Position numbers and translations under genes: made by a program. This document shows positions 48,931 through 58,186 of a DNA stretch of 64,000 nt, piece after piece. Each line of letters starts with the position of its first letter. Position 1 is the first letter of the stretch. The stretch is taken from positions 64,001 to 128,000 of the forward strand of contig JBIJDH010000014.1 of the NCBI GenBank assembly GCA_044344255.1, read 5' to 3'. This DNA comes from Myxococcota bacterium. Its GTDB lineage: Bacteria > Myxococcota_A > UBA796 > UBA2385. The notes under the pieces are model-generated. The model did not search any database, was not told the origin of the DNA, and saw nothing but the letters and a program-made list of their open reading frames with translations.

Positions 48931-49928
48931 GGGCCACCGTCGCGGGAGAGCAGGAAGCCGTGGATCCAGCGGAGGATCGGCCCGACCTCGCCGAGACTGG
49001 CGAGGCGGGCCTCGAGGCGGTCGAGCTCGGCCTCGGCGGGCCGCAGGGCGGAGAGGTCGAGCGCCCCCACCTGCCGCCGCACCCCCGCGCGGTCACCCCC
49101 GCGGACGGCCTCCACCCAGCGCTCCCCGTGGGCGAGGTAGGCCATCCGCCCGATCACCGTCGAGAGGTGCAGGTCGAGGCTGTCCTTCTCGAGGTCGGCC
49201 AGGGCGTCGGCCCGCTGGATCCAGGCCCCCCAGCCCGAGAAGGCCTCCACCTCGTCGGCGGTGAGCGCCCGGGCCCCGGGGGCGAGGGTGCCCACGGCGG
49301 TGATCATCCGGAGCCAGCGCGCGCTGATCTCGCCCGTGACCCGCGCCACGACTGAGTCCGAGACCTGGGAGGGGTGAGCGGTGAAGGTGGTGACCGCCTC
49401 GACCTGGGTGGCCCAGCCCGAGGCGATCAGGCGGAGCAGCCCCTCGCGTCGCGCGCCCCCGTCGAGGGTGGCGAGCTCCGCCAGGACAGCGCCGAGGGCG
49501 GCGGCGAGGAGGCAGCGGGGCTCTTCACTCTCGGGCCGCCCCGACCGGATCGAGGCCAGGGTGGGGGCGAGGTAGGCGGCGGTCTCCCGAGCGAGGTGCG
49601 CCCGCGGGAGGCTGGCGTGGAAGGCGGGGCTGTCGATGTGCTGATCATCGAGCTTGGTGAGCAGGGCGAGCATCGCCGCCGCCTGCCCCACCCGCGCGTC
49701 CTCCGCCCCGCCGAGGCCCCGCGCCGCCTCGGTGGCCAAGAGCGAGAGCGCGGCGCAGAGGTGGGCGCTCTCCGGGCTCAGGCGACCCGCAGGGTCCGCC
49801 AGGGCGAGCAGCGGCCCCATCCCCGAGAGCGCGCGCGCCCCCACCGCCGCCAGCCGCCCGCCGACATCGACCGAAAGCGGCGCCAGAGATCGGCGGAGCA
49901 CGGGGGGTCGCAGCAAGGCGGGGTGCAT
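48915..49928 (-). CDS. Putative class I isoprenoid synthase/terpene cyclase-fold protein
   Basis: Helical protein with KLDDQHID and second acidic motif IQRADALADLEKD; start revised to ATG 49928. Confidence 0.55.
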   Translation of the reverse strand: MHPALLRPPVLRRSLAPLSVDVGGRLAAVGARALSGMGPLLALADPAGRLSPESAHLCAALSLLATEAARGLGGAEDARVGQAAAMLALLTKLDDQHIDSPAFHASLPRAHLARETAAYLAPTLASIRSGRPESEEPRCLLAAALGAVLAELATLDGGARREGLLRLIASGWATQVEAVTTFTAHPSQVSDSVVARVTGEISARWLRMITAVGTLAPGARALTADEVEAFSGWGAWIQRADALADLEKDSLDLHLSTVIGRMAYLAHGERWVEAVRGGDRAGVRRQVGALDLSALRPAEAELDRLEARLASLGEVGPILRWIHGFLLSRDGGPCSAP

Positions 49929-50007
49929 CCCTGCCGGTAACGGGCCCGGAGACCGGCTACCATGAAGGTGTCCCCTTGGCCGACCCCTCCTCACCCCCGG
50001 TGCTCGG

Positions 50008-52332
50008 ATGACCCCCACCTCAGACCGATCTCCGCTGAGCCGACGAGGCTCCCGCTCCCTTGGGCTCCCACTCTGCCTCCCGCTTGGCCTCCCGCTTGGC
50101 CTCCCGCTTTGCCTCGCGCTGGCGCTCGCCTCGGCCTGCACGGGCGGGGACGGCCCCAAGGCCGGAGAGGACGGATGTACAGAGGGCGAGAGCATCTTCT
50201 ACGGTGACGAAGATGGGGACGGCTACGGCGACATCGCCGACACGAAGCAGGCCTGCGTCCCTCCGGAGGGCTTCGTCGACAATGACGAGGACTGCGACGA
50301 CACCCAAGCCACCGTCCACCCGGGGGCGGCCGAGATCGACTGCGAAGACCCCACCGACTACAATTGTGACGGCTCGGTCGGCTTCGCCGACGCCGACCAG
50401 GACAGCTACGCCGCCTGCAAGGACTGTGACGACGCCGAGGCCACCGTGCACCCCGGTCAAGACGAGGTCTGCGACGGCATCGACAACGACTGTAACGCCG
50501 TGGTGGACTACCCCTCGGTTGACGCCCCCACCTGGTTCATCGACTACGACGGCGACGGCTACGGCGACGATCGGTACACCCTCGAACAGTGCGGCCAGCC
50601 CTTCGGCTACGTAGCCACCGACGACGACTGCGACGACACCACCGCCCTCGCCCACCCCGGCGGCGAGGAGACCTGCGACGGCGCCGACAACGACTGCGAC
50701 GGCCTCATCGACCCCGAGACCTCGACGGGGGCCGTCACCGTCTACGATGACCTCGACGGCGACACCTATGGAGACCCCGCCTCCGAGCTCACCACCTGCT
50801 ACCCCGACGACGACCAGGTCGATGACGACTCCGACTGCGACGACGCCGACGCCCTCATCAACCCCGCCGCGGTCGAGGTCTGTAACGACGGCGAAGACAA
50901 CGACTGTGAGGGCACGGCCATGGGCTGCACCCTCGACCTCATGGCCGCCGAGCTCAGCCTGCAAGGGGAGGCGGGCGGCGACTACGCGGGCGTGGCCCTG
51001 TCGACGGGCGACTGGAACGGCGACGGGCAGGCGGACCTCCTCGTCGGCGCGTACGGCCACGACGCCGCCACCGCCGGCACCGAGGGCGGCGCCTATGTGC
51101 TCTGGGGCCCGCTCGGCGCCGGCACGGAGAGCCTCTCCAGCGCCAGCCTGTCCTTCGCCGGGGAGTCCGCCGGAGACCGGGCCGGGGCGGCGGTCTCGTC
51201 GGTCGGTGACATCGACAGCGACGGCGTGGACGACCTCGTCATCGCCGCCGAGCGCAGCGCGGTGACCACGAGCGGGCAAGGGAGGGTCTACCTCTTCCTC
51301 GGCGCCACCCTCCAGGCCACCACCCCCGGCGACGCCCTCTCCCTCGACCTCGACGCCGACCGCTCCTGGAAGGGGGCCGATGGCTTCGACTGGCTGGGCG
51401 CCGGGCTCGTGTCCCCCGGAGACCTCGACGGTGACGGGGTCGTAGACCTCGCCCTCGCCGCGACCAACGACGAGGTGGGGGGCTCCCAGACGGGCTCGAT
51501 CTACGTCCTGCTCGGCGGCTCGGCGGCCTTCTCCGGCACCGACGGCGTGAGCGCGGCCAGCGTGGCCAGCGCCACCTTCACCGGCGAGGCGACGGGCGAC
51601 TATGCCGGCGCCGTGATGAGCGGCCTCGGCGACCTCGACGGCGACGGCGCCGCCGAGCTCGCCGTCGGCGTGGGGCTGGCGAGCTTCAACGGCACCCACT
51701 CCGGCGCCGCCTATCTCCTCTCTGCCCCCTTCTCGGGCACCCAGAGCCTGTCCGAGGCCACCGGGCGCCTGCTCGGCGCGGCCACCGGCGACCGCGCCGG
51801 CGCCGGCCTCTGCCCCGCCGGGGACGTCGATGGGGACGGCTACGACGACGCCTGGGTGGGGGCGACGAAGGAGGACACCGGCGCGGTAGACGCCGGCACC
51901 GCCTACCTCCTCCCCGGGACCGCCGACCTCAGCGATTATTACGACGTCACCATCGACACCGTCGCGCTCACGCGGGTCTTCGGGGAGGGCACCGGCGACG
52001 GCCTCGGCTCGAACCTCGCCGGGGGGGCCGACTGGGACGGCGACGGCTCGCCCGATCTCCTCGTCGGCGTGCCCTCCACCGGCGTCAACGACGAGGGCGC
52101 CGCCTCCCTCTTCCTCGGCCCCTTCGCCGTCGGCGGTACGCTCCAGGCCGGGGTCGACCACCGGGCGACGATGGTGGGTGACACCTCCAACGATCATGTC
52201 GGCGCCGCCGTGCTCTTCGGCGGCGACCTCCTCGGGAGCGGAGGCGAGGACATCGTCGTCGGCGCCTGGGAGGACGACGGCGCCGGCACCGACGCCGGGG
52301 GCCTCTGGGTGGTGCAAGCGCTCGGGCTCTGA
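50008..52332 (+). CDS. Surface lipoprotein with MopE-like CDDxD repeats and FG-GAP (integrin alpha-like) beta-propeller
   Basis: Lipobox ASAC; DCDD..HPG..E.CDG.DNDC repeats; about 7 GD.DGDG..DL.VGA blades. Confidence 0.88.
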   Translation: MTPTSDRSPLSRRGSRSLGLPLCLPLGLPLGLPLCLALALASACTGGDGPKAGEDGCTEGESIFYGDEDGDGYGDIADTKQACVPPEGFVDNDEDCDDTQATVHPGAAEIDCEDPTDYNCDGSVGFADADQDSYAACKDCDDAEATVHPGQDEVCDGIDNDCNAVVDYPSVDAPTWFIDYDGDGYGDDRYTLEQCGQPFGYVATDDDCDDTTALAHPGGEETCDGADNDCDGLIDPETSTGAVTVYDDLDGDTYGDPASELTTCYPDDDQVDDDSDCDDADALINPAAVEVCNDGEDNDCEGTAMGCTLDLMAAELSLQGEAGGDYAGVALSTGDWNGDGQADLLVGAYGHDAATAGTEGGAYVLWGPLGAGTESLSSASLSFAGESAGDRAGAAVSSVGDIDSDGVDDLVIAAERSAVTTSGQGRVYLFLGATLQATTPGDALSLDLDADRSWKGADGFDWLGAGLVSPGDLDGDGVVDLALAATNDEVGGSQTGSIYVLLGGSAAFSGTDGVSAASVASATFTGEATGDYAGAVMSGLGDLDGDGAAELAVGVGLASFNGTHSGAAYLLSAPFSGTQSLSEATGRLLGAATGDRAGAGLCPAGDVDGDGYDDAWVGATKEDTGAVDAGTAYLLPGTADLSDYYDVTIDTVALTRVFGEGTGDGLGSNLAGGADWDGDGSPDLLVGVPSTGVNDEGAASLFLGPFAVGGTLQAGVDHRATMVGDTSNDHVGAAVLFGGDLLGSGGEDIVVGAWEDDGAGTDAGGLWVVQALGL

Positions 52333-52370
52333 GCGCTTGCCAGGGCCCGCGGGGTGGCTAACCCTTCGAG

Positions 52371-53627
52371 ATGGAAGCCTTCGCCCTCGTCTCCCTCCTC
52401 GGCGCTGGACTGGCCGTCCGGCGCGCCAAGCGGTCGCGGGGCGCCCTCGTCGCCCGCTTCCTCACTGTGCTCGCCGCGCTGCAGATCGCGATCTCGATGG
52501 GCGTCTATGTCGCCCTCGACACCGCCGGGCTCGAGCGGCTCCGCCCCGCCTTCTGGGGCCTCCAGGCGCTCACCCTGCTCTATCTGTCCTCGGCGGTGCT
52601 CCCGGGGATGCGGAAGACCTGGCAGTGGATGCTGCTCGCCTGGCCGGCCCACTGGTTCGTCGCCGGCACCTTCCTCGCCCTCCCCTGGGCCCTCTCGGCG
52701 CTCACCCCCTGGACGCTCCCCGCCGTCTGGCTGCCCTACGCCCTCGCCGGCGCGGGCCTCCTCCGCAGCGTGGTCACCCTCCGGGAGACGGTCGACCTCG
52801 ACCTCCGAGGCGGCGCGCCCGTGCTCGCGCGCCGCCCGCAGCGGGCCCTCTCGCTCGTCCAGCGGCGCTTCGGCTTTCGGCCACGGGCGGCCCCGAGCCG
52901 GCTGCGGGTGGTCCAGATCACCGACCCCCACATCGGGCCCTTCCAGTCGGTCGAGCGGCTGCGGCGCACCTGTGAGCGGGCGGTGGCCGCGGCGCCCGAT
53001 CTCATCGTGCTGACCGGCGACTACCTGACCGTGCCGAGCCAGGACAGCGCCGACCACCTCGCCCTCGCCCTCGCCCCCCTCCAGGGCCACCCCCACGTCT
53101 ACGCCTGCATGGGCAACCACGACCTCGAGACCCCCGAGCTCGTCCGAGAGGCCCTCCACCGCGCCGGCGTGCGGCTGCTCGAGGATGAGGCCGTGACCGT
53201 GCAGACCCCCGCTGGCCTCGTCCAGGTGCTCGGCCTCGCCTGGCGCTGGCGTAACCGGGAGACGGCGATGACCCGCGCCCTCAAGGGCACGCCCCGGCCC
53301 ACCGACGCCGCTGGCCGCCCCGCCTTCCGCCTCGTCCTGCTGCACGATCCCAGCGCCTTCCAGCTCTGCCCCGACGGCTCCGCCGACCTCGTGCTCTCCG
53401 GGCACACCCACGGCGGGCAGGTGGGCTTCCTCTCGCTCGGCGTTCACTGGACGGCCCTCTCGCTGGCCGGCATGCCCGACGAGGGGCCCTGGGCCCTCGG
53501 CAGAAACCGCCTCTACGTGCACCGCGGCAACGGCTTCTACGGCTTCCCGCTGCGGGTGGGCGTGCCAGGTGAAGAGAGCGTGCTCGACCTCGAGCTCCCC
53601 GGATCGATCGAGCCCGCCGATGCCTGA
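52371..53627 (+). CDS. Membrane-bound metallophosphoesterase (YkuE-like)
   Basis: TM N-terminus; TDPHIG, TGDY, GNHD, HDP, SGHTHGGQ. Confidence 0.88.
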   Translation: MEAFALVSLLGAGLAVRRAKRSRGALVARFLTVLAALQIAISMGVYVALDTAGLERLRPAFWGLQALTLLYLSSAVLPGMRKTWQWMLLAWPAHWFVAGTFLALPWALSALTPWTLPAVWLPYALAGAGLLRSVVTLRETVDLDLRGGAPVLARRPQRALSLVQRRFGFRPRAAPSRLRVVQITDPHIGPFQSVERLRRTCERAVAAAPDLIVLTGDYLTVPSQDSADHLALALAPLQGHPHVYACMGNHDLETPELVREALHRAGVRLLEDEAVTVQTPAGLVQVLGLAWRWRNRETAMTRALKGTPRPTDAAGRPAFRLVLLHDPSAFQLCPDGSADLVLSGHTHGGQVGFLSLGVHWTALSLAGMPDEGPWALGRNRLYVHRGNGFYGFPLRVGVPGEESVLDLELPGSIEPADA

Positions 53628-54057
53628 GCGCGGCGGCTGGCCCCTCCGCCTCGCGGTCACCATCGACACGCCGCGCTGGAGCGTGGTCAAGCGGCGGGAC
53701 GACGGATCTATCGACTTCATCACGCCGATCCCCTGCCCCTTCAACTACGGCAGCGTACCGGGCACCCTCTCCGGCGACGGCGACCGCGAGGACGCGCTCC
53801 TGCTCGGCCCCCGCGTGCCCCGCGGGCAGAGCGTCTCCGCCCCGGTGTGGGCCCGGATCGACTTCCTCGACGCCGGCGCCTCCGACCCCAAGTGGCTCAC
53901 CGGCCCGCGGCCCCCCACCGCCGCCGAGCTCTCCGAGGTGCGGGCCTTCTTCACGGTCTATGCGCGGGCCAAGCGCCTGCTGTATGGCCTCCGCCGACAG
54001 GGCGGGGAGACGGCCTTTCGCGGCCTCTCGCTCCACCCCCGCGCCGCCGCCGAGTAG
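53620..54057 (+). CDS. Family I inorganic pyrophosphatase-like protein
   Basis: PFNYGSVPGTLSGDGDREDA, D.G..D.K, FF.VY. Confidence 0.8.
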   Translation: MPERGGWPLRLAVTIDTPRWSVVKRRDDGSIDFITPIPCPFNYGSVPGTLSGDGDREDALLLGPRVPRGQSVSAPVWARIDFLDAGASDPKWLTGPRPPTAAELSEVRAFFTVYARAKRLLYGLRRQGGETAFRGLSLHPRAAAE

Positions 54058-54069
54058 ACTCGCCGGCCC

Positions 54070-55566
54070 TTGCGCCTGCCTACACCTTCACCACTCGCCG
54101 CGCTGCTCACGGCGCTGCCGCTCCTGCTCTTCGCAGGCTGCGGGCGCCCGCCGCTCCGCGCGCGCGTGGGCGGGCCGCCGTCGATCGTGCTCATCTCGCT
54201 CGACACCTTTCGGGCCGATCGGCTCGGCGTGCTCGGCAACCCCGACGGGATCACGCCCAACCTCGACCGCCTCGCCGGGGAGTCCACCCTCTTCACGGCC
54301 GCCCACAGCCAGGCCACCACCACCGGCCCCTCGCACGGGGCGGTGTTCACCGGGCGCTACCCGACTGAGCTCTTCGGGCGCGGCCGCGACATCCACCTCG
54401 ACCCGAGCCGCCCCACCCTCGCCACGGTGCTCGGCCTCTACGGATACCAGACCGGCGCCTTCGTGGGCGGGGCCGATCTCAGCGTCGAGTTCGGCCTCGG
54501 GGAGGGCTTCTCGACCTACCGGGCGCCGGTCGACTTCGGCTCGCTCTGGCACACCGCGCCCCTCGCCCTGTCCTGGCTCGACGCGCAGCCCGCGGACGCC
54601 CCCTTCTTCCTGTTCGTCCACGGCTACGACACGCACAGCAGCTACCTCAAGCCCGATCCCTACGGCTACCTGTTCGCCCGCGCGGACTACACCGGCACCG
54701 GGGCGGTGGCCGTGAAGGGCTCGACCGAGCAGGTCTTCGACGGCTGGCTCTATGGGGACCTGCGCGCCCCCGCCCAGCTCTTCGGCGCGATGCTCCGCCC
54801 CCGCTCGCCGCTCGGGCGGGAGCGCCTGCTGGCCCTCGACCGCGCCCAGGGCGACCAGCCCCAGCCCTTCTCCGAGGCCGACGGCGCGCACGTCCGCGCC
54901 GTCTACGACGGGGCCGCCGCTTACGCCGACGCCCAGGTGGGCCTGCTCCTCGCGGGGCTCCAGGAGCGGGGGGTGCTCGAGGAGGCGGTGGTGGTGGTGA
55001 TGGCCGATCACGGCGAGCAGCTCGGCGAGCAGGGCCTCTACGGCCACTGCTGCGGCGCCGAGGACGCGGAGACCCACGTGCCCCTGCTCATCCGCTTGCC
55101 CGGCGGCGCGGGGGGTGGCCGGCGGGTGGACGCCGTCGTCGAGCTCTTTGACCTCGCCCCCACCCTGCTCGAGCTCGCCGGGGCCACCCGACCGGCGGAG
55201 ATGAAGGCCCGCTCCCTCGTCCCCACCCTGACCACCGGCGCGCCCCCCGAGGACACCTTCGCCCTCTCCTTCGGTGGCCTCGGCTTCCCCTTCACGTCTG
55301 CACGCAGCGCGGCCGGGCGCCTCACCTACGCAGGGGTGCCCGCCTGGCTGCCCCTCGCCGCGGACTACGTCGCCGCCGCCCGCCTCGCGGGCCCGAGCTT
55401 CACCCGCTCCGCCGGACTCTCCGAGGCAGACGCGGCGCCCCTCCACGACGCGCTGGTGGCGCGGCTCCGCGGCCTCTCGCCCTCGCCCCAGGCCGCCCCG
55501 GCGCCGATGTCAGACGACCTGAAGCAGGAGCTGCGGTCTCATGGGTACTGGGACGTGCAGCCATGA
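54070..55566 (+). CDS. Sulfatase-like (alkaline phosphatase superfamily) lipoprotein
   Basis: Lipobox FAGC; SLDTFRADRLG, TPNLD, TGPSH..FTGRYP, HGYDTH, ADHGE, LRSHGYW. Confidence 0.87.
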   Translation: MRLPTPSPLAALLTALPLLLFAGCGRPPLRARVGGPPSIVLISLDTFRADRLGVLGNPDGITPNLDRLAGESTLFTAAHSQATTTGPSHGAVFTGRYPTELFGRGRDIHLDPSRPTLATVLGLYGYQTGAFVGGADLSVEFGLGEGFSTYRAPVDFGSLWHTAPLALSWLDAQPADAPFFLFVHGYDTHSSYLKPDPYGYLFARADYTGTGAVAVKGSTEQVFDGWLYGDLRAPAQLFGAMLRPRSPLGRERLLALDRAQGDQPQPFSEADGAHVRAVYDGAAAYADAQVGLLLAGLQERGVLEEAVVVVMADHGEQLGEQGLYGHCCGAEDAETHVPLLIRLPGGAGGGRRVDAVVELFDLAPTLLELAGATRPAEMKARSLVPTLTTGAPPEDTFALSFGGLGFPFTSARSAAGRLTYAGVPAWLPLAADYVAAARLAGPSFTRSAGLSEADAAPLHDALVARLRGLSPSPQAAPAPMSDDLKQELRSHGYWDVQP

Positions 55567-56282
55567 GGCGGCTCGGCTGCGGCCTCGTGCTGATCGGCAC
55601 CCTCGCCTGTTCGCCCCGCCCCGAGGGCCCCTGGACCCGCGAGGCCGCCCTGGCCCCCACCCTCGCCCGCGTCGAGGCGGCGGGGGGCCCGGCGATGAGC
55701 CCCGGCGAGCTCGACGCCCTCGTCACGGAGCGCGACCCCGCCGCCCTCCAGAGCCTGGCCGGCCGCGGCATCTCCGAAGAGAAGGCGAAGGCGCCGCAGG
55801 GGGGGGGGCCGAAGGGGGAAGGGCCGGAGGCCGGAGGTCGAGGCAAGGCCGGGAAGCAGGGCAAGGCCGGGAAGCAGGGCAAGGCCGGGAAGCAGGGCAA
55901 GGCCGGGAAGGCCGCCCCCGGAGAGGGAGCCCGCACCCACATCGCCTCGGCGGAGGGGCCCGATCCCCACGCCACCTGCCTGCAGGTGGAGGCCCTTCGG
56001 CAGGAGGTCCTGGCGCTGCGGCCGGACGCGCCCATCGCCAGCGAGGCGGAGGTGGGGGCCGTCTGCCTGCACCGCGGCCTCTCCGACCCCGCTGTCCAGG
56101 CCCTCCTCCCCCCCATGTTCGGCGCCGCGGCCGAGGTGGGGCTCCCCCTCCCGGCCGGCCTGCCCGCCGCCGCGGGGCTCTCCGCGGCGCCCGAGGCCGG
56201 GGCGACGCTCAGCGCGCCTCAGGCGCCAGGGGGTCCTCCGAGCCCACCCGGACCCCCACCACCGCGCCCCGCTGGACGGTGA
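55563..56282 (+). CDS. Hypothetical lipoprotein with GKAGKQ repeats
   Basis: ATGA overlap with upstream gene; lipobox TLAC; 3' end overlaps rnd by 74 bp. Confidence 0.6.
   Translation: MRRLGCGLVLIGTLACSPRPEGPWTREAALAPTLARVEAAGGPAMSPGELDALVTERDPAALQSLAGRGISEEKAKAPQGGGPKGEGPEAGGRGKAGKQGKAGKQGKAGKQGKAGKAAPGEGARTHIASAEGPDPHATCLQVEALRQEVLALRPDAPIASEAEVGAVCLHRGLSDPAVQALLPPMFGAAAEVGLPLPAGLPAAAGLSAAPEAGATLSAPQAPGGPPSPPGPPPPRPAGR
55842..55910 (+). repeat. 18-bp tandem repeat ggcaaggccgggaagcag, 3 full copies plus 15 nt
   Basis: Seen directly. Confidence 0.9.
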
Positions 56283-57387
56283 GGGCGAGGCGGCCGGCCC
56301 GCAGGTCGAGGGCGTCCCGACCGAAGAGATCTCGCCGCCACCCGCTCATGCAGGGGAGCTTCGGTCGCTCGACCGCGGCGAGCTGATCGAGGTCATCGCG
56401 GCTGGCCACGAGGCGGGTGGCCACCCCGGCGGCGTCACAGCGTAGGCGGAGCAGGGCCTGCAGCAGGGCCACGAGGGAGTCGTCGGGATCGAGCGGCGCC
56501 TTCCGCTCCGGCAGCGGCGGCCAGCTCGACTCGGGCTGGGAGAGGGCCTCGGCCACCCGCAGGAGGATCGCCCGCCCGTCGGCCCCGCGCGCGGCGCCGC
56601 CCTTGAGGCCCCGCACCCGGGCGAGGGCGTCGACGTCCTCGGGCTCATGCCCCGCGATCTCAACCAGCGCCTCATCGGGGAGCAGCCAGCCGGTGGGCAT
56701 GTCGCGCTCCATCGCTGTCTCTTCGCGCCAGGCGGCGACCTCGCGCAGCACCGCGAGCAGGCGCCGCGAGGGCCCCCGCACCCGGATGCGCCGCCAGACC
56801 TCGCGGGGCTCGACCTTGTACCGCCGCTCTTCGGCGAGGCTGGCCATGTCCTCGGCCACCCAGCTCCGCCGACCGCGCTGGTCCAGCTCGGCCGTGAGCT
56901 GCTCGTAGATCTTGCAGAGGTGGGTGACGTCGCCGATGGCGTAGACGACCTGCCGGTGGGTCAGCGGGCGCAGCGACCAGTCAGTGGCCTGAGACGCCTT
57001 GTCGAGGTTGATCCCCAGGATACGCGACACGAGCGTCGCGTAGCCCGGCTGGTCGCCGTGACCGGCGGCCGAGGCCGCGATCTGGGTGTCGAAGACCGGC
57101 CCCGGGACCACGCCCAGGCGCTGGTAGAAGATGGCGAGGTCCTGGCTCGCGGCGTGAAAGACCTTGAGCACCCGCGGGTTGAGCAGCAGGCTGCGCAGCG
57201 GCGCGAGATCGAGCTCCGGCGCGAGGACATCGATGGCCGCTGCGTGTTCGCCGTGGGCCACCTGAACGAGGCACAGCCGGGCGTAGTAGGTCCGCTCGCG
57301 CAGGAACTCGGTGTCCACGGCGATGTAGGGGGCGCCCTCGAGCGCGGCACAGAATTCAGCGAGCGTGGCGGAGTCAGTGATGAGCAT
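56209..57387 (-). CDS. rnd: Ribonuclease D
   Basis: AVDTEFLRERTYY..LCLVQ, HAASQDL, FDTQIAA, TDWS.RPL, YA..DV, HRDC domain, GWRR..FG. Confidence 0.96.
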   Translation of the reverse strand: MLITDSATLAEFCAALEGAPYIAVDTEFLRERTYYARLCLVQVAHGEHAAAIDVLAPELDLAPLRSLLLNPRVLKVFHAASQDLAIFYQRLGVVPGPVFDTQIAASAAGHGDQPGYATLVSRILGINLDKASQATDWSLRPLTHRQVVYAIGDVTHLCKIYEQLTAELDQRGRRSWVAEDMASLAEERRYKVEPREVWRRIRVRGPSRRLLAVLREVAAWREETAMERDMPTGWLLPDEALVEIAGHEPEDVDALARVRGLKGGAARGADGRAILLRVAEALSQPESSWPPLPERKAPLDPDDSLVALLQALLRLRCDAAGVATRLVASRDDLDQLAAVERPKLPCMSGWRRDLFGRDALDLRAGRLALTVQRGAVVGVRVGSEDPLAPEAR

Positions 57388-57469
57388 GCGGCCTCAGCGG
57401 GGCCGCCCCTCTACCCCCATTACGCCCTCGCTGTCAGCCTGAGCCTGTCCGCCGGAGCGGGCGCGGCGC

Positions 57470-58111
57470 TCAGCCGTACCGCTTGCTGGCCCGCTGCAGG
57501 AGCGGGCTCAGCAGGGCGGTGGGCGCCAGCCACACGAGGGGCTCGGGGACGGAGGGGACATAGTTGGTGAGGACCGCCGCCGCGAAGGCCGTGAGGCCGG
57601 CGATGAGGCCGCCGCCGATGGCGCCCAAGTGCATCGCCACCCAGCGCCGACGGGTGGCGCGGTCTCCCCGAAACCAGCGGAGGTGGACGCGCGCGAAGAG
57701 CGCCGCCCCGAGGCCCATCGCGACCGGCACCAGCCCGAGGGCGTGGCCGCGGAGGAGCGCCGACACCCCAAAGGTCGCGAAGCCGAGGCCCCCCACGACG
57801 GCGAGCAGCGCGACGGCTTGATCGAGGCGCCCGCCAGCACCCTCCTTCTGACGGCCGATCCGCCAGCCGATGAAGGTCATGTAGGCCGCGAAGGCGCCCA
57901 TCCCGAGCAGGAACAGGTTCTCCGTGACGAGCATGACGGGGGCGGCGGCCACGGTCGCGCCCGCCATCGAGAGGGCGAAGAGGCGGCCGAGCCAGCGGTG
58001 CGCGGGGGAGCCCTTGGCCACCAGGAGCGCGCCGAAGCCGCCCACGAGGGCCAGGACGCCGACGACACCGTGAATCGGCAGGAACAAGGCGCGGGCTTCT
58101 TCAGGGGTCAT
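57470..58111 (-). CDS. DUF2306-like integral membrane protein
   Basis: About 6 TM helices; IHG..G, KGS.AHR..GR.F, H..AI.GG.I..TAF. Confidence 0.75.
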   Translation of the reverse strand: MTPEEARALFLPIHGVVGVLALVGGFGALLVAKGSPAHRWLGRLFALSMAGATVAAAPVMLVTENLFLLGMGAFAAYMTFIGWRIGRQKEGAGGRLDQAVALLAVVGGLGFATFGVSALLRGHALGLVPVAMGLGAALFARVHLRWFRGDRATRRRWVAMHLGAIGGGLIAGLTAFAAAVLTNYVPSVPEPLVWLAPTALLSPLLQRASKRYG

Positions 58112-58186
58112 CGGGCGATCCTACCAGAGCCCGGCGCCCCGGAGGCGCCCCCGGCCCGCGTTAAGCTCCGAGGCCCCGGAGCCCTG

